A stretch of DNA of 64,000 nucleotides from Raillietiella orientalis (Eukaryota): positions 3,038,001-3,102,000 of the forward strand of contig JAYWIR010000020.1 of NCBI GenBank assembly GCA_036172245.1. Direction: 5' to 3'. The position numbers and the translations under genes are program-made. Position 1 is the stretch's first letter; every line of letters begins with the position of its first letter. Positions 50,412 to 64,000 of this stretch are shown piece by piece. The notes under the pieces were generated by a model. The model was not told the origin of the DNA and did no database searches. It saw only the letters and a program-made list of their open reading frames with translations.

Positions 50412-52293
50412 CTTGCCTGCGTTTTTTTTTTTTGCTTTCGGAGAGCGCGCGTTTTATTTTTACGCTCGCTGACATTTTGACTGTTCGACTATTGCGAACT
50501 AAGTAAATTCGCTCATCATTTACATACATCCTCATCGATGTTCTAATAATAGATCCGCAACACTCAGATACATGCGATTTCTGAGGAACACCAGAGGATG
50601 GGATGGAGGGGATTATCCGGACAATACTCTTGCGATTTCCTTTTAACCGCTTTGGCTGCTGCCGTTCACCACTTTGCCTCCGCGTGTCGGATTTGCACAG
50701 GAAGAGCCATGTTGGAGCAGCGCTGCGAGCACCAGACAGTCGGAAAAACATGGCGTCCTAAGACACGCCGAAGACTGGTGATTCCCTCATCGCGCGAGGT
50801 GATTCCCTCTCGCGCGATGGAACCTCTCGGCAAGCAAGTGCAGCTCGGCATCCTAAACAGACCGAAGCTATCCCTCAGATGGATTTCGAAACCACGAGAC
50901 ACTTTAAAGAGATCCGAGAACGGTGAAGACTGCAATCCGGAATTCAGCAAGCACCCAGGTGAAACTGGAAAGGAGGAACACCTTTTCCGTCTCACGAGGA
51001 ATTTCACCATCCATCCGTGACGAGCGACTTGCACGAGCGGCCCGAAAACCAGCGATGGAATGGCATCGGGGTCAAAACTTCGCGAAAATTCATACTTCTC
51101 CCTCATCTGTCGCCAGGGGGAGGCGAAACACGGAGTAAACCCCCCAACAGGTACTTGGTCCAAACGATCCCACTGCATCGTTTCAACATTATCCATGGAA
51201 GTGGATAACAGAAAAACCACCGCCACCGCAGCATGGCCAGCTTCCGAGCTTGGAACGGTTCGCTCCAGACGGGATTTGTGATTCATAGCAACCGATCTGC
51301 AGCCGCATCCTCCTCTTCCCCCTTCAGCACAGAGTCCGCATCTCTGGACTGAGCAAAATGCTCGGGAAGGGAAAATGTATTTTCATGCTTCGAAGTCACG
51401 TGTTATCTTGACCGTTCCGTACTGATTCCCAAACGCGAAGATCTCACCAACGGGAATAACGAGTTCGCGCAGGCCGACCCCCGCCTCTCTCTTAGAGCCG
51501 TTTCTGGGCTTCAGGGTCGACAAGCACTCAGGGTGGACGTGGCACTGCGTTCCACTGTTTTGCCGAGTGCGTAGCGTTAAGGGAATCTGGAAGAGGAATC
51601 GTTCGCCCTCCTCACGCAACGTCCACTACGTGCCCAGAGTTAATCCCATGGCGTTCCAGGAGCGAACCATCGTATTCCCAACGGGCGCAGTCTTCTCATT
51701 AAGAAAGCATTCTCTGCTGATCCCCGAAAGCATGGCCCTGATTTAACAAGTCAGCTTCTCGAGCCAATACTTCGGGACAGTAAGAGCATTTGTTGCTGTA
51801 TGGCCAACGCCGGCATGTCTTCCGCTGGACTCGTCAAACTGTGCGTCGGAGAAAAACAAGCACGTTCCTGATGGTTAAGAATTTTTTTTCCTTTCAATTT
51901 AAACAGAGGGCACCAATGGGAGGGAAAAACTCCCTCGGAGTAGGTTTTATTGGTGTTCTTGTTTGAAAGCAGCTCGAGCGGGAGGCTGACTAATCTGCAC
52001 TTCTTTCCTCAAGTGATTCCGATTGTTCTTGGTCACTCAGAGCTTCTTGCAAACAAAGCGTATTGATGAAAGTCTTCGCGCTTCGCCGGACAAGAATTCG
52101 GTGTCCGAAGAAACGCCGGCAGAATTAATTGGACTGTCCAAACACTCCCCGCTACCTTCCGAGAGCAAAAGCGTGAAAGCGAAAGACTGAAAGAAAGATG
52201 CAAAGAGCATAACAGTCAGCACTTTCTAGAGCGTATCATCACTCCTTTGAAGATACCATGACTCGAAAGAAGACAATGCATCACAATGCATGT

Positions 52294-52320
52294 AAAAAAA
52301 AAAAAAAAAAAAAAAAAAAA
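52294..52320. repeat. Poly(A)27 tract
   Basis: Directly visible; preceded by a duplicated ACAATGCAT. Confidence 0.9.
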
Positions 52321-55062
52321 CAGAGAAAGTTGCGATCTGTTTTTCTTAATCTACCAGACCTTGAGCAGTCTCGCCTGTAGTGCCCCAAGACAAGTGATTT
52401 TATTACATCTGCAAGACAAGAACGCTGGTCAGTATCTCCGCTGACAAACACTCTCGGAACAGTTCAAAAACGACTGTGACGCAGCTTTCTCTTTAAGAAA
52501 AACATCGTCTTTTTGACGTCTGTTTTGCCAACACCGCGAACCTACGCCACGCACTCAGCCACCCCAGACTTCTAAGGACGGCTTCCCATATTACATAATT
52601 TTTTTTAGCCCACAAGATACGGCGGCTGATGAGACATTCGAATATTGTATATCGGGGCAGCTCTGTCTCTGGGAAACAGACAGACACGCCCGCATTCCTC
52701 TACAACAGGCGATTCCAGAGACGAACACCGAAGCCCCTGCAAACTGCGTGCCCCTTTGTCCGGGGAGCAGGAATGACCTCCCGGTAGAAAAAGTCCCAAT
52801 TAATTGAATATGAAAGTGGCTCCTTGCTGAAAATACGAGATCACGGAATGGATGCTTGAGCGTGTACGGACGGAATGGTCCCCCGGGTTACGTGGCATGC
52901 AACTTTCCAAGAAACCTCTGTTCCTGCTTTCGACGAACGCATGAAGACGCGCCCACGGATTTTCCAGCCGTAAATCTCCACTGCAGAAATGACATGAGAG
53001 ACGTGCTGGTTCGGCCACGTCGACATCAGAAGTCATATCCATATCCGAGGCCACGAAGCTCTTTTGGCTCTCACTGCCGTCATGGTCACCAGGAACGGCC
53101 GCAAAAAGAAGCGCATCCGAAATGAAAAGGAAAAAATTGGAAATCTGGATGGAAGAATTTCAAAGTGGCTGCTGAAGAGCACAAACCACAGTCAACGCAC
53201 TCGGTGAAACGGCGAGCACTTGTGACAGGAACGGATGAAAAATTCACGCAATGAAAGATTTCAAGCTCTACATTTGGCATCTGACATTCTTCAGCTCAAG
53301 GAGGAGATTTAGTGGTTTTTTCAATACTTCCACAAGGAAGCGGTTTGATGTGAAATAAAGAAATTCCTCATCGATGAACTTTTAAAACGAGCCACCACTA
53401 CTTCGCTTCAGTTTTCGAAACGCGGAGATTGATCGACTGCCTTGTTCTACCTTGATACCTCCAGAAAGCAGCAACCTAGAGGGTGCAGCAAAGATGCCTT
53501 TGATGCTCTGCAGCCCGCCAACCAAGAAATTTCTCATTCCTTTTCCAGAGCACTCTGTGCAGAAACAAGCATCCGTGCGTCATTTGCTTAAGTGCTTTCA
53601 TTTGTCATCGTTACCATCAGGATGTAAACTTGCATTGAAGGAATTTAGCCTGTCCCGGAGATAACGGATTCTGAGGTGTTGGTGTTTACGTCGTAAACGC
53701 CCCATCTGATAGAACCAAAGTTCCTATCTTCGTGCATCGCATCTGCTGTGCCCTCGCGTCGCCTGAAGCGACGGTAAAGGCACACATTGATTCGTCCAAG
53801 AGTGCATCCATCAAGGGCAAAAGAAGTTGCGCGCTGGTGCTCCCATTTTCCTTTTCGCTTTCCCCTCCTTCAGGCCGGTCGGAACGCGTTGCTTCCCGCG
53901 GGAAGCGCGCCCCGAAGAGCGTCCGACATCTTGCGCGCGCCGTCCCCCCAAAATCTCCGTTCCCCCGCATTGTTGCACCCCACGAGAAAACTTCCTAAAA
54001 TAGCAGCTACAGCTGAATTTCCTATCAGCGACAACACATCACGCGTGGCACGTCATCTGGCACAGCCTCCGGGCAATCGTTTTGATTTCCGCTGTATCAG
54101 CGTGTTCGAGTCACAGAAACCTTTCCGCGTCTCAGTGCACCAGTGAGCGGGGGCCTCAGAAAATCCAACTTCTCACGAAAGACGTTGCAAGAAACGCATC
54201 CGAAAAATTATCCTTGTTATCGGTAGCACTTCTCTCTCTCTCTCCCCCCTCCCCCCCTCTCCCTGCCGTGCCAATGGCGCAGAAAAATCAGCTTTGCGAA
54301 TTAAGACTGATACATAGGAGTGATGACTTCGTGAGTTATTCGTGGAAGGGGGGGAGCAGCGTTTCTTCCACCTCTATCGAAGAGCCAAAAACGAAGAAAA
54401 GCCAGCAGAGGATGCTCCACAAAAACCGACCGCGAGGAGCAAAAATCACGAAATCCCTCCCTCTCCCAACAAAAAGAAAAGAAGGGAAGAAGAAGAAAAA
54501 ATGGGTACGGGGATTTCACTCACGACGACAAATGAACGCGCGGACAACAAGGGGGGGGTGGAGAGGAACTGGCAGGCAAAAAGACTCCGTGGTAGCAGAC
54601 CTCACAGTAGTATCCCCAGACGAGTACTCTTCTTGCAGTAAGCTATGCCCTAGTTTGAACCTTCTTGGTGCAACAGGGGGCATCTCACAAACGAACCCAC
54701 CATCCTGGGGAAGCAGCGCTTGCAGATACGCGGCCTGCGTTATGAGATACCGGAATAACGACCGGGAAAACGAGTTCGCGCTGTCCCAGCATCCGCTGCT
54801 CCCACCCAGCCTCTGGCTCTTTGAAAACCTCTCGCGTTAGGAGAGCGAGGAAAGATGCGCCGGTGCGGTCTCGTGGAAGACAGCTGGGAGGAAGGAGAGG
54901 TCTGGTGGTTCCTTACCGTGCGATGCAGCAGTCCGAAGAGCCATTTCGCACCTTTAGCTACCCGAGGTCTTCGAAGCTCCAAAGACAGCGCTGAGCATGC
55001 TCGTAACGAAAAACTCTGAGATGGAAAAAGCAATCAAATAGAGATGTCCGATGATGAGCATC

Positions 55063-55063
<1 letters not shown>

Positions 55064-55109
<46 letters not shown>
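55064..55109. repeat. T32 immediately followed by A14
   Basis: Directly visible. Confidence 0.9.
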
Positions 55110-58100
55110 GGAGAAAAAAGATGCTTTCTGTTTTGAGATCCAGATGGAAAGGAGGGAGACTGACGGAGGGCTCGACGCAAGCAGCGACGCGGCGTGAGGA
55201 AGGAAAGCGCTACGCGCTGACCAGCCAGGAATCGGAATTTTCCCACTGGGCAGAAATAAAGTGCGACGAGTAGGGTCTGCCAGGCAGGGTCACGCCCTGT
55301 CCGGACGAGAGGGAGCCCAGGCTTCCGAATGGGAACCCTTATCCCGTGCCATCCCCTCTCTCCCTGCGCTCGCCGGAGCGACAGGTCGGCCCGCGCGACC
55401 GCCGATCGAACGCGAGACGCAGAAGGGACAGCGCAGGGGAACCTTCGGCGGAGGAAGAAACAGCGCACGCGCGGGCGGCTGCGGTCTCAGATAGGGGGTG
55501 GATTCCCATTTCTCCCTTCCCATAGCAGCGGGTGGCAGTGGCAGGGGGAGGAAGAGAGACCCCCGTGGAGGCTGCTGCACGGAAGCTCGGCTGCCGGGCG
55601 CGGGCATCGATTCCGCCCGGAAGGCTTCCCAGGCTGCTGCGCTGCTTGGAAGTGCGGCGGTTGACTCCGCGCAGTGGGCCGAAACCGCGCTGCGAGGGGA
55701 CAGGGGCACTCCGCGAAGGAAGAGAGGAGGGCAGAGCCGCAACAGCAAGGGGGCGCTATAGCCCCTGGAGGGCAAGTCCGCACAGCCTGGCGAATAGCCC
55801 GCGCCGGCGTGGGCGCTCGCCATCCCACCGTCCTTGCAGCTCACGCGAGGTCGAGTGCTCCGGCTCCGCATGGCTCCCGTGACCGCTGGCAAACCGGACT
55901 TCTCGAAGGACCATTGGGTCCTTGCGTTAACCTCCTCCTCCGCTTTGGATGATTCTTCGGATTCCCGCCCTCCACTCTCCATTCTCTTGGAAACTCTCCT
56001 ATTCGATTCCGTGAGGGAAAGGGAGGGAGGGTGGCGAAGGCTCGATCGGGTGGAAACCACCCCGTCGTCAACGGGGGGAGAGCCAATTTGTCCTTCGCTC
56101 TTCCGGGCATTCTTGTCTGAGGAGCCCCTGGCATGAGGAGTCCATCCTACCCCAAGGAGCCACCCTCAGTTCTCTCTGGCGTCAGTCTTCAGGACTCGAG
56201 GGGGTGGGGAGGGACTCTGAGTACCCTGAGGAGAGGAGACCTGCGCGTCGCCATCACACCCGTCCGAAAGCTCAGTGACCCTCCAAATTCATCACCTTGT
56301 CTGCGACGCGAGGTACTGCCTCGAGACTGCACTCTCCAGGGACTCGGGAAGCGCTCCAGGAGGAACTTCCTCCGCCCTTCGCCTTCGGGGACCACACCTC
56401 GGGGGCGTGCGTGCTCGGTTTGGGGCGACCCCTCGGCTTGGGGGTAACCCAGTTCGCCGGGCGCTCAGACCTGGACACCCAGGCGACCAGAAGGAAGCGA
56501 CGTGACGCGCCAGCGGCGCGCCCGGTTCTCCGGGAAACCGGTAGGGATCCGGGAGAGGGAGAGCCACGGGACTCCATAGAGGACCGCACGCTGGGAGATA
56601 CCCCCTCCACACCGGGACACGGGGCGTGGCCGCAAGTCAAGCAGCAGCAGCAGCCGGCTCTAGCAGCATCTCCCTCGACGCCCGGAGGTTGCGCGGAGCT
56701 GCGCGTCCCAGCACTCGTAAAGCTGGTCCGCCCCGGAGACACCTTCCCACCTGCAGGCACGCAGGCCTTCGCCTGGTTCCGAGAGCGCGCGGGATCCCGA
56801 AGGATTCGGAAGTCGCATCGCTCTACCCCTTCTGTAGGAACCACGGAGGGGGAAGCGAACCGCCACGGAGAGAACGTCACGAACGACTTGCGCGCTACCC
56901 GAGGGCGCTACCGGAAACGGGAGGCGGCACCTCCACGGGGAAGTGAGGCTGCGCGCGTGCGCTCTAGGAAGGAGCAGTGGTCCTCGCGATCCACAGTCAA
57001 GCATCTCCTCAGGAACCCTGCCCTCCCGCTCCGAAAATTATCCCATCGATACCAATTCTGCCCTTAAAAATCCCCCCCCCCCCGAGAGTGACCCCTGATC
57101 GATGCTAAACCTTCGAAGTTCCCATCTGGGTGCAGCGAGCACCCCGCATCGGTCACCGCCACTGATTCTGGATATGACTTACGTGCTCGAAGTGTCAACA
57201 CCCTTCTGGGATCGCCCTCATCCCTCCCAGGGCACTGATGGTCGTCGTACCGTCTCCCCCGTGATGATGGCACGCCCTTCCCAGCGATTCCGCCCCTCCC
57301 TCGGCTCCTCAGCTTTCCCTGGCCCTCCTCAAGGGAGGTCGAACCGGCCGACATGTCCTGGAAACCCAGCCATCCACCCACGCCGCAGGCATCCTCTCTT
57401 TGTATTCTCACATGCTTTCGTCCTTCGACTTCGCCCATCCGCACCCTCCATCGCTTCCAGTCTTGATTCTCCAGCCGGCATCCCGGACTTACGTCCCGCC
57501 ATGCTCGGGACGCCCCTCCCCTCCACTTCGCCGGGACCTTCTCGACGGAAGTCTTGCCGATCGCTCCTGAGCAACTGGACATTTCCAAGCGACACGCCAC
57601 CGCGCTCCAGAGAAGCGCCGCGCTGCACTCACTCCGGTGCCGCCTCCCCGGAGACCCTCTCTTCGTCTTCCGCGCGCCGCGTAGCCTCTCGTGCGAGAGT
57701 CCTTAGGACCCCGTTGTCATCCCACCCCCAACTAGCACCACGGGAGCTGACATCGCGGTGAAGGGTCCGGAAGCGCCGCCAGAGGAGGGCAGGAGCAGAG
57801 CAGGTCCTCAGCCCCCTCAGACCCCAACTCGGTACACTCGGCGACGGAACGGCCGCGTGACGTCACGGAGGCATCGGTCCGATTGGAGCGGAGACATGGG
57901 GCTCCGGGCCGCAACCAGACTGAGGTCGAGGAACCACCTCGAGCAGGACAGCGCGCGAATCATCGCCATGTCCGAGGCTGGCAGGGCCGGCCCACTCCAC
58001 CTGGAGCAAGGAGGCGAGTGACAGAGGAAGAAATGCCACCGTTCGCGCCCCCGGAGGGAGCACCCACTCTCCACCTTCGGGATCTCCTTCCTTCTTCGTC

Positions 58101-61100
58101 CCCTTCCGCTGCAGCCACCTCCTCTTCTGTCGCCTCTGCTTCCCTCCTCTTGGACACGAGAGGACACCAGGACCTCTGCATCGATCTCCTCCTCGCCCCT
58201 GGCAGAGAGGAGGAAGTCCGGGGAGAGCGGGGAAGAGGGACCGACGGTAAACATGCGTGCCGCAGCTGTTCCGGTTCTGCCTGCAACTTCATCGGGATCC
58301 GGGGATGGAGGGTGGGGGAGGCAGGGAATGGGATCGCACCGAGGAGCGGGGGAGGAGGAGGAGGAGCCGGCAGCTGGTGCGCGCCTCCTAGAGGCGACCC
58401 GCGCGCTTCGCTCCGTGAGGGATTCTCGCGTGCTTCCCACGCGCGGAGGGAGGGAGAGGAAGAGGCGGCGGGAGGAACTCCCTCGCCTTCCGCCCGCAGC
58501 CGCTGCTCCTCCCCCACCTTTCCTGCTCCTGTTGTTTTAACGGGAAGCACGTGGCGGCAAGCAGGACGACCTGTCTTCCCGTCTTTCCTTTCCCGAGCAG
58601 GAGGGGAGGGAGGGAGGAAGAGGGAAAAAAAAAGGAATAGGGCGGAAGGGAGAGGAAGCCGAACATCGTTGCGGCCGCCGTCACTTCCGCCGATGCCACC
58701 TGGGACTCCCTGGCAGCGGCGCGCGCGCCGGACCCGGAGGGGCTCGTGGAGAAGCGGAAGAAACTCAGAAGGGAGAGGGGGAGGACCCGAAAGTGATGTT
58801 CCCCTCCCTCCCTGCCTCCTCCTCTTCCTCCCCTCTCCCGCGTCCGGGAGCCCCCCCACTGCTCTGACTTCCCCCCCCCCCCCCCCTGAGCAGGGGACGG
58901 GAGGAGAGGAGGTACCGCGGACCGGTAACGCGGGTTTTCCCAAACCGCGTGCGGGGCCGTCGCCCCACAAGTCGGCAAGGTCCAGCTCCTGGGGGAGACT
59001 GCACAGCCGGACCAGACCGCCGATCACGACCGACTCCTGAGTGACCTACGGTGCTCAGAGACTCCTTTTTCGCTACTGAAGCGCAGGAGTCGCATCCGCA
59101 CACTTCACCCTCCCCTCCCCCTCCGCGCGTGGGCACCTCTGAAGCGGGGCGCCCGCCGCTTTCCCGGCAAGGAAGGGACAGGACGACGCCGGGACTGAAC
59201 CTGAGCTCCCGGCCTCGCCTGACAGGCGGCATGCGATCCGACGGGGGCGCCAGGTCCTTGCCGGAGACGCACCATCACCTCTCCGCCGCGGCGACGAGCA
59301 GCGAAGCAGCACCGGGGGCTTTCTGGGACCACGATAATTCTGCGATCGCCTTCCAGAAGGGCGGGGTTCTCCCCGTCAGCCCCGGCGTCCGAACGGGACT
59401 GCGCTTCTCGTGGACTCTCGCCGTGGGGGATCGCGATCCTGGGGCGCACGAGAAGAGGGAGAACCGCACGGGAAGCTGGGGTGGGACGGAGGTGCCGCCA
59501 TCGCCCTCCCCTCCCCTCCTCTTACGGCGTTCGTTTCATCCTCAGAGGGCCCCGAACGAGCAGGGTGCCGGGCTCAGACGCGCGCCGCCCATTGGGAGAA
59601 GCTAACAAGAACCCTGCGGCGCCAGAAGACTGGAGCATTCCAGGACACGCGGGCTAAACCCCATTTGGGTGTGCAACCAGGGAAGAATGGACCACCCAGG
59701 GCTGACCCTCATCCCCACAGACGATCACCCCAATCTGACCTGAACAGGGCTGAGACGATTCAGGAGGCAAGAGGAAAGGAAGAAGGGGAGGACGGAGGGC
59801 AAAGATTTGCGCTGCTCCCCCAGCGTCCACCGCTGACCCCTTAGGCCTTTGCGGGAGGTCACTGAAAACCTCCTTCCTCCTTGTTTTATGTTCAGAGAGA
59901 CCTCGTACTCCAAAAGAATGTGAGCGGGGCAGAGAGTAAGGGAGGGGAGAGGGTCGAAGAACGATCGCCTCCTCCTCGAAAGAACAGCCGCAGCAGGGCA
60001 GCGATCCCAAACAGACCCCCGCCACCGCCTTCTCCGAGGTCGCGGTGTGAAGGCCTCCACTGCCGCTTCCTGCTTCCCTCCCATACACAAACACACACGT
60101 CTCCTTTCCGCCCCCCCCCCTCCTCCCCTTTCCCCTCCTACCTGGAAAGGCCGTTCCCGGGCGACTGAGGGCTACGCGACTCCACGCAGCGGCAGCTCGA
60201 CCTCCGCACATGCGACGCCGAGCAGCGGGCCAGGAGAACTCCCGGCGCGCTGGTTGCTGAGGGAGGACGCCAGCCGTCCCACGCATGCGCCGTTCGCGGC
60301 GCTCGAGGGCGCGCGAGAGCGAGCGGGCAAGCAGCGAAGCGGGTGGCCGGCGCCCTCAGCCTCCCCCTCCCCCGCGTCGAACTGCTGCACTGTCACGGCT
60401 TAGCGGCCCTTCCTCCCTCCAGGTCGCGGCCAGCGTGGAAGGAGAGGGAAAGGGGGAAGAGGAGGAAGGCATCACCCTTCCTTTCCTCTCTTCCTGGAGA
60501 ACTGGACCAGCGGAAGTTCCAAGAGACCTTTCGGGAGGAGCAGAAAGGGACCTCTTCTCCCCTCTGCTCCCTCTCCGTCCACCCCTTCCCCCTCCCTATG
60601 GGATCCCTCGCTTCGTTTTCCCAGAAAAAGGGACGGATCAAGCAGGGTAGGGAGGAGCATGGAGGTGGAATGGGACGAGGAAAGGGATACAAGACCGGCG
60701 TGGGCAGAGTGGGAAGTGAAGGAGCAAGCAAGGGGTAGGGGAGAAAGGCGGGGGAGATCCGGTTGAGGAGGAAAAGGAGGCGTCGACCGGTGAAGCCGGG
60801 AGAGGAGGAGGATAGAGAGGGGATGAAAGCAACCTACCCTACCCTCAGGAGGGGTTAGGGTGCGGATACAGCAGCTGAGGGGAACGGAGCGCACACGCCA
60901 ATTCTCGCCAAATTCGCCATTTCTCCTCCTCACCGTCATCGTCATCGCTCTCGCCCTCGGCACACGCATCCTCAGCATCCTCTCATCTTAGATTGCTCCG
61001 TTCTTTCCGCTTCCCATTCCCTCCCTCCCCTCCTCTTCTTTCCGGCCCCAACCGAGGTCTCTCTGAGGGCGTCGCCTCCTCCTGCACGCACAACTCCTCC

Positions 61101-64000
61101 TCTCCCTGACCAAAGCTGCCTGCCGAGCAGCGAATTGGGACGATTGGGGTACGCGACCCTTCCCCCGTCGTCGTATCTCAGAGAGAAGGGGGGAGGAACT
61201 CCGGGATAGCCCCCAAGGGCGAGTCCACCCCAGCCTTCCATCTACCATCTCCCCTCCGGAAAGAACCGAGAGCCAGGAGGAATGATTCCCCTCGCGAATG
61301 ACCAGCGAGAGGGAGGGAGGGCTCCTATGGAGAGGAATGGAGTGATTGGCTGAAGCCTACCAAGTTCCCGCTCTATTCGTTTATTTCCTTTACCGTTTAC
61401 TAAAGAAATCTGTGGGCAGGGGCGTCTAAAAGGGCCCACACAAAGGGCAATGCTTCATTTCAAGGACGATAGGGATCCCCCATAGAGACAGCATTTCCGA
61501 TTCTTACCGGGGTAGCATCACCTTACCTCTCCCCCCCCCTTCTCCTCTTGCTAGTTCCTTCCCGACCCTGGTCGTGCGCAGGCACGCTTTTCCAATGACG
61601 TCTGTCCCCTTCTCCCCCTCACACTACAAGCAAGGTCGGTCCGTCGGCAGCTCTTCCTCACCTGCCAGCCTGCATCCTAAGGGCATCTTCCTCTCTTCTC
61701 CCCTGAGGACTGCCACGAAGCTCATTGACAGTCCCACCCACCTTCGGATTCGACGCATCCTTACCAAGGCAGAACCCGACTCGAGGTCCAGGACTTTGGA
61801 TGCAGGAAGAGAGACTTCGGAGTAATGAGCGGCTTGTTGCCAGAGGGAGAGGGGGTAATTTCCTGCACCCGCCTTCGGTGGGAAGCCAGACACAGCTTCC
61901 ATCATCACTGGTTCTGTATCTCCTTAGAAGAAAGAGAGGTCCGTCCGCAGCCGATCCGCTCCTATTCCCCTCCCCGGATATGCTTTCGTCTCCGTTCCGG
62001 GTGTTTGAGCGACGACCTCAGGGGAAGAGTCTCAGGGACAGCCGATTCCTCTCAGAGAGCGGCGAGAATGCAGCCCTAGCAATCTCGTTCTTTCCAGCAA
62101 TGCTGCTGCCGAAGCGAACACAAAGCGAACTGACTCTCTCGTGGCGACGCGTCTGGACACGGCGCACTCCGCTTCCGTCCAGAGGCCGGTAGCGGATTCG
62201 CCGCCGACACCTGATCGAGAGACCACAGGCAGACCTGGGAAGCCACCGATGCCTCCTGTCAAGGCGCTGCGATCTCAGCGCTTCCTTCCTCCGTGGTGCC
62301 CGAGGTTGTGTTAGCCGGGATCAGACGAGATAGGTTTCGCTCCATTTCTAGAGGTCTCTGTGGCACGGACTCGACGGAAACTGCTGCCATCGACCCCTTG
62401 ACCCCTTCGAGGGGCGAGTCGCATTCTCGTCGGTGGAGTCGACCGTCATGGGACTCACCACTGCGCGGCACTCCTACTTGCGGACTCCAGAATTCTCATC
62501 TCCTGAGCTGGAGCATAAGGCTCGACCCTCCGTCAGCAAGAACTCCGCCGGCTGGTACGGTGCCATTCTTCTGGTCTCTCTCTCGAAGGATGCTGGGGGG
62601 TGTGGTCCCTGAAAATCCAAGGAACCAGCAACAACGGGCAAGCAACCCGCACGAGCGCACTACCCCAGCTAGTTTGCGCAACAAGCTGCTTTGCAACGGC
62701 AAAAGACAGGATCTCGCCTTGAACCTGACCTCAGACGCCGCCTCTGATATCACCATCACTGCTAAGGTCACACATAGTCTTTCATTAAAGCACCGACCAG
62801 CTTGCCGAAGAAAGGAAGAGTTCTTGACGTCCACGAGCTGTTTTGAGGTGGTCGGCAAAGACGCTGTTGTCGGGGAGCGGCAGAAGGTGTCACGAGCGCG
62901 CGAGAGAGAGGTAAACCAGGATGGTAGCAGCTAGGAACCGTGCCTCACGGGAACGTGGCAACCGAAGAAAATCACAGAAGATCCAGAACCAGCGGTCGGA
63001 AGAATTCCTCTCTCTCTGAAGGCCTATGCCTTCATCTGCATCCACTAGGCGCTCTTTCTTCCTGCAGAGAGAGAGAAATTAAGGATGATCAGCACCGAAT
63101 CTTGCCGCAAGTCCGGCAGCCACCCATGCAATTCTTCTCCTACGCCTGTCGGATAACCATGCATTATCGGAGAATACTCGCCAGGTTACATCCCTTTGAC
63201 GGGATGCCCCTCCCTTCGAGAGGAGAGGAGGACCCCACCGAGACTGCAAGATGGTTCTAACGCTTCCGGCAGGAGTTCCGAGAAGTAAGCCAGCCTTGCA
63301 TGGGAGCACCACCGCTCCGTAGTGACGTGAGCCGCATCGTTGCGAGCTACGTCTGTCCCGACATCCCCGCAGTTCCTAGTTGAATCTCCTGTCCCTGAGA
63401 GCCCGAACGCAGCACTCTTGTTATTGCACTTTTGTAGTAAATTGCCTCAATAATCCGGAATCCTGACGTCATTCTTTCGGGTGCAAGGTAGGAACTGGAA
63501 CCCCACGAGGGGCAAGTTGATGCCTGTTACCGAGGCAACAGAAATCCTCCGACGTCTGGATTTCCCGTGGCTTTCTTTCCTTTTCAGCAGTCTGAAGCCT
63601 TAGTTTCGATCTCAGATGAGCACAGCTGCTTGATGTTTCTGCGTATCGTCGTCAATGCAGCGTTTCCGAGATGCTTTTTTTTCTTCCACTTCTTCCAGAT
63701 GTCTTGGACAGACAAAGATGTAATCAGAAATCCACAGAATCGTCCTCCGTTGCTTTGTCCTCCTCCTCCGAAGATACAGCGTCTTTTAAAAGAATTCAGT
63801 GCTCCTCGGTCAAACTCTGGAGCCATCGGCTTGCATGGCTCCGGTCGGACCACCTCTTTTAAATGGAAACCTGGCTGCTGCTTGCCTGCACGAGAGGACG
63901 CCGGCTGCTGAGAAGCCACATGAATACGTGAAGCAAAATTTCTCCCGTCCGTGAGCGAGGGAGGCGCCATCATATGACGGAAAATTCTCAAGGAGAGGCA

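Noticed and set aside
61765..61810. Methyltransferase motif I-like KVLDLESGS
   Set aside because: Single short motif lacking the key Gly, with no supporting context.
62680..62790. HEAT-repeat-like EAASEVRFKARSCLL
   Set aside because: Isolated; no consistent neighbouring exons.
1..64000. CRISPR array, retron, prokaryotic defence or operon systems
   Set aside because: No regularly spaced repeats or dense intronless gene arrays; the sequence is spliceosomal eukaryotic, and both RT remnants are dead LINEs.

Overview
Eukaryotic, most likely animal (arthropod-like) genomic DNA: GT-AG introns, GC/CpG-rich non-coding DNA, and no operons, CRISPR array, rRNA or intact tRNA seen. The one intact gene I can reconstruct is on the minus strand, join(36418..37935, 30563..32068, 24346..24580, 13105..13369, 12822..13050, 12499..12747). 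It encodes a ~1333-aa type I membrane protein with signal peptide, Cys-capped array of ~43 LRRs, LRRCT, FN3, TM helix and short tail (chaoptin/artichoke-like). The three large introns splice in LRR register. Further 5' exon(s) must lie above 37960 or outside the window. The rest is intronic/intergenic but holds several decayed fossils missed by the ORF track: an L1/Tx1-type LINE (~4.7-6.5 kb), an intron-containing integrin-beta pseudogene (~7.3-7.9 kb), an acetoacetyl-CoA synthetase exon fragment next to a second LINE RT (~19.9-20.8 kb), and weaker AKR-like and ABCA-like remnants. The multi-motif fossils keep their motifs in order but are strongly shortened, and the two I counted sit in CpG-poor patches; this is the most unusual pattern here. 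I cannot demonstrate a new biological system. All homology calls are by-eye motif recognition, not database searches.
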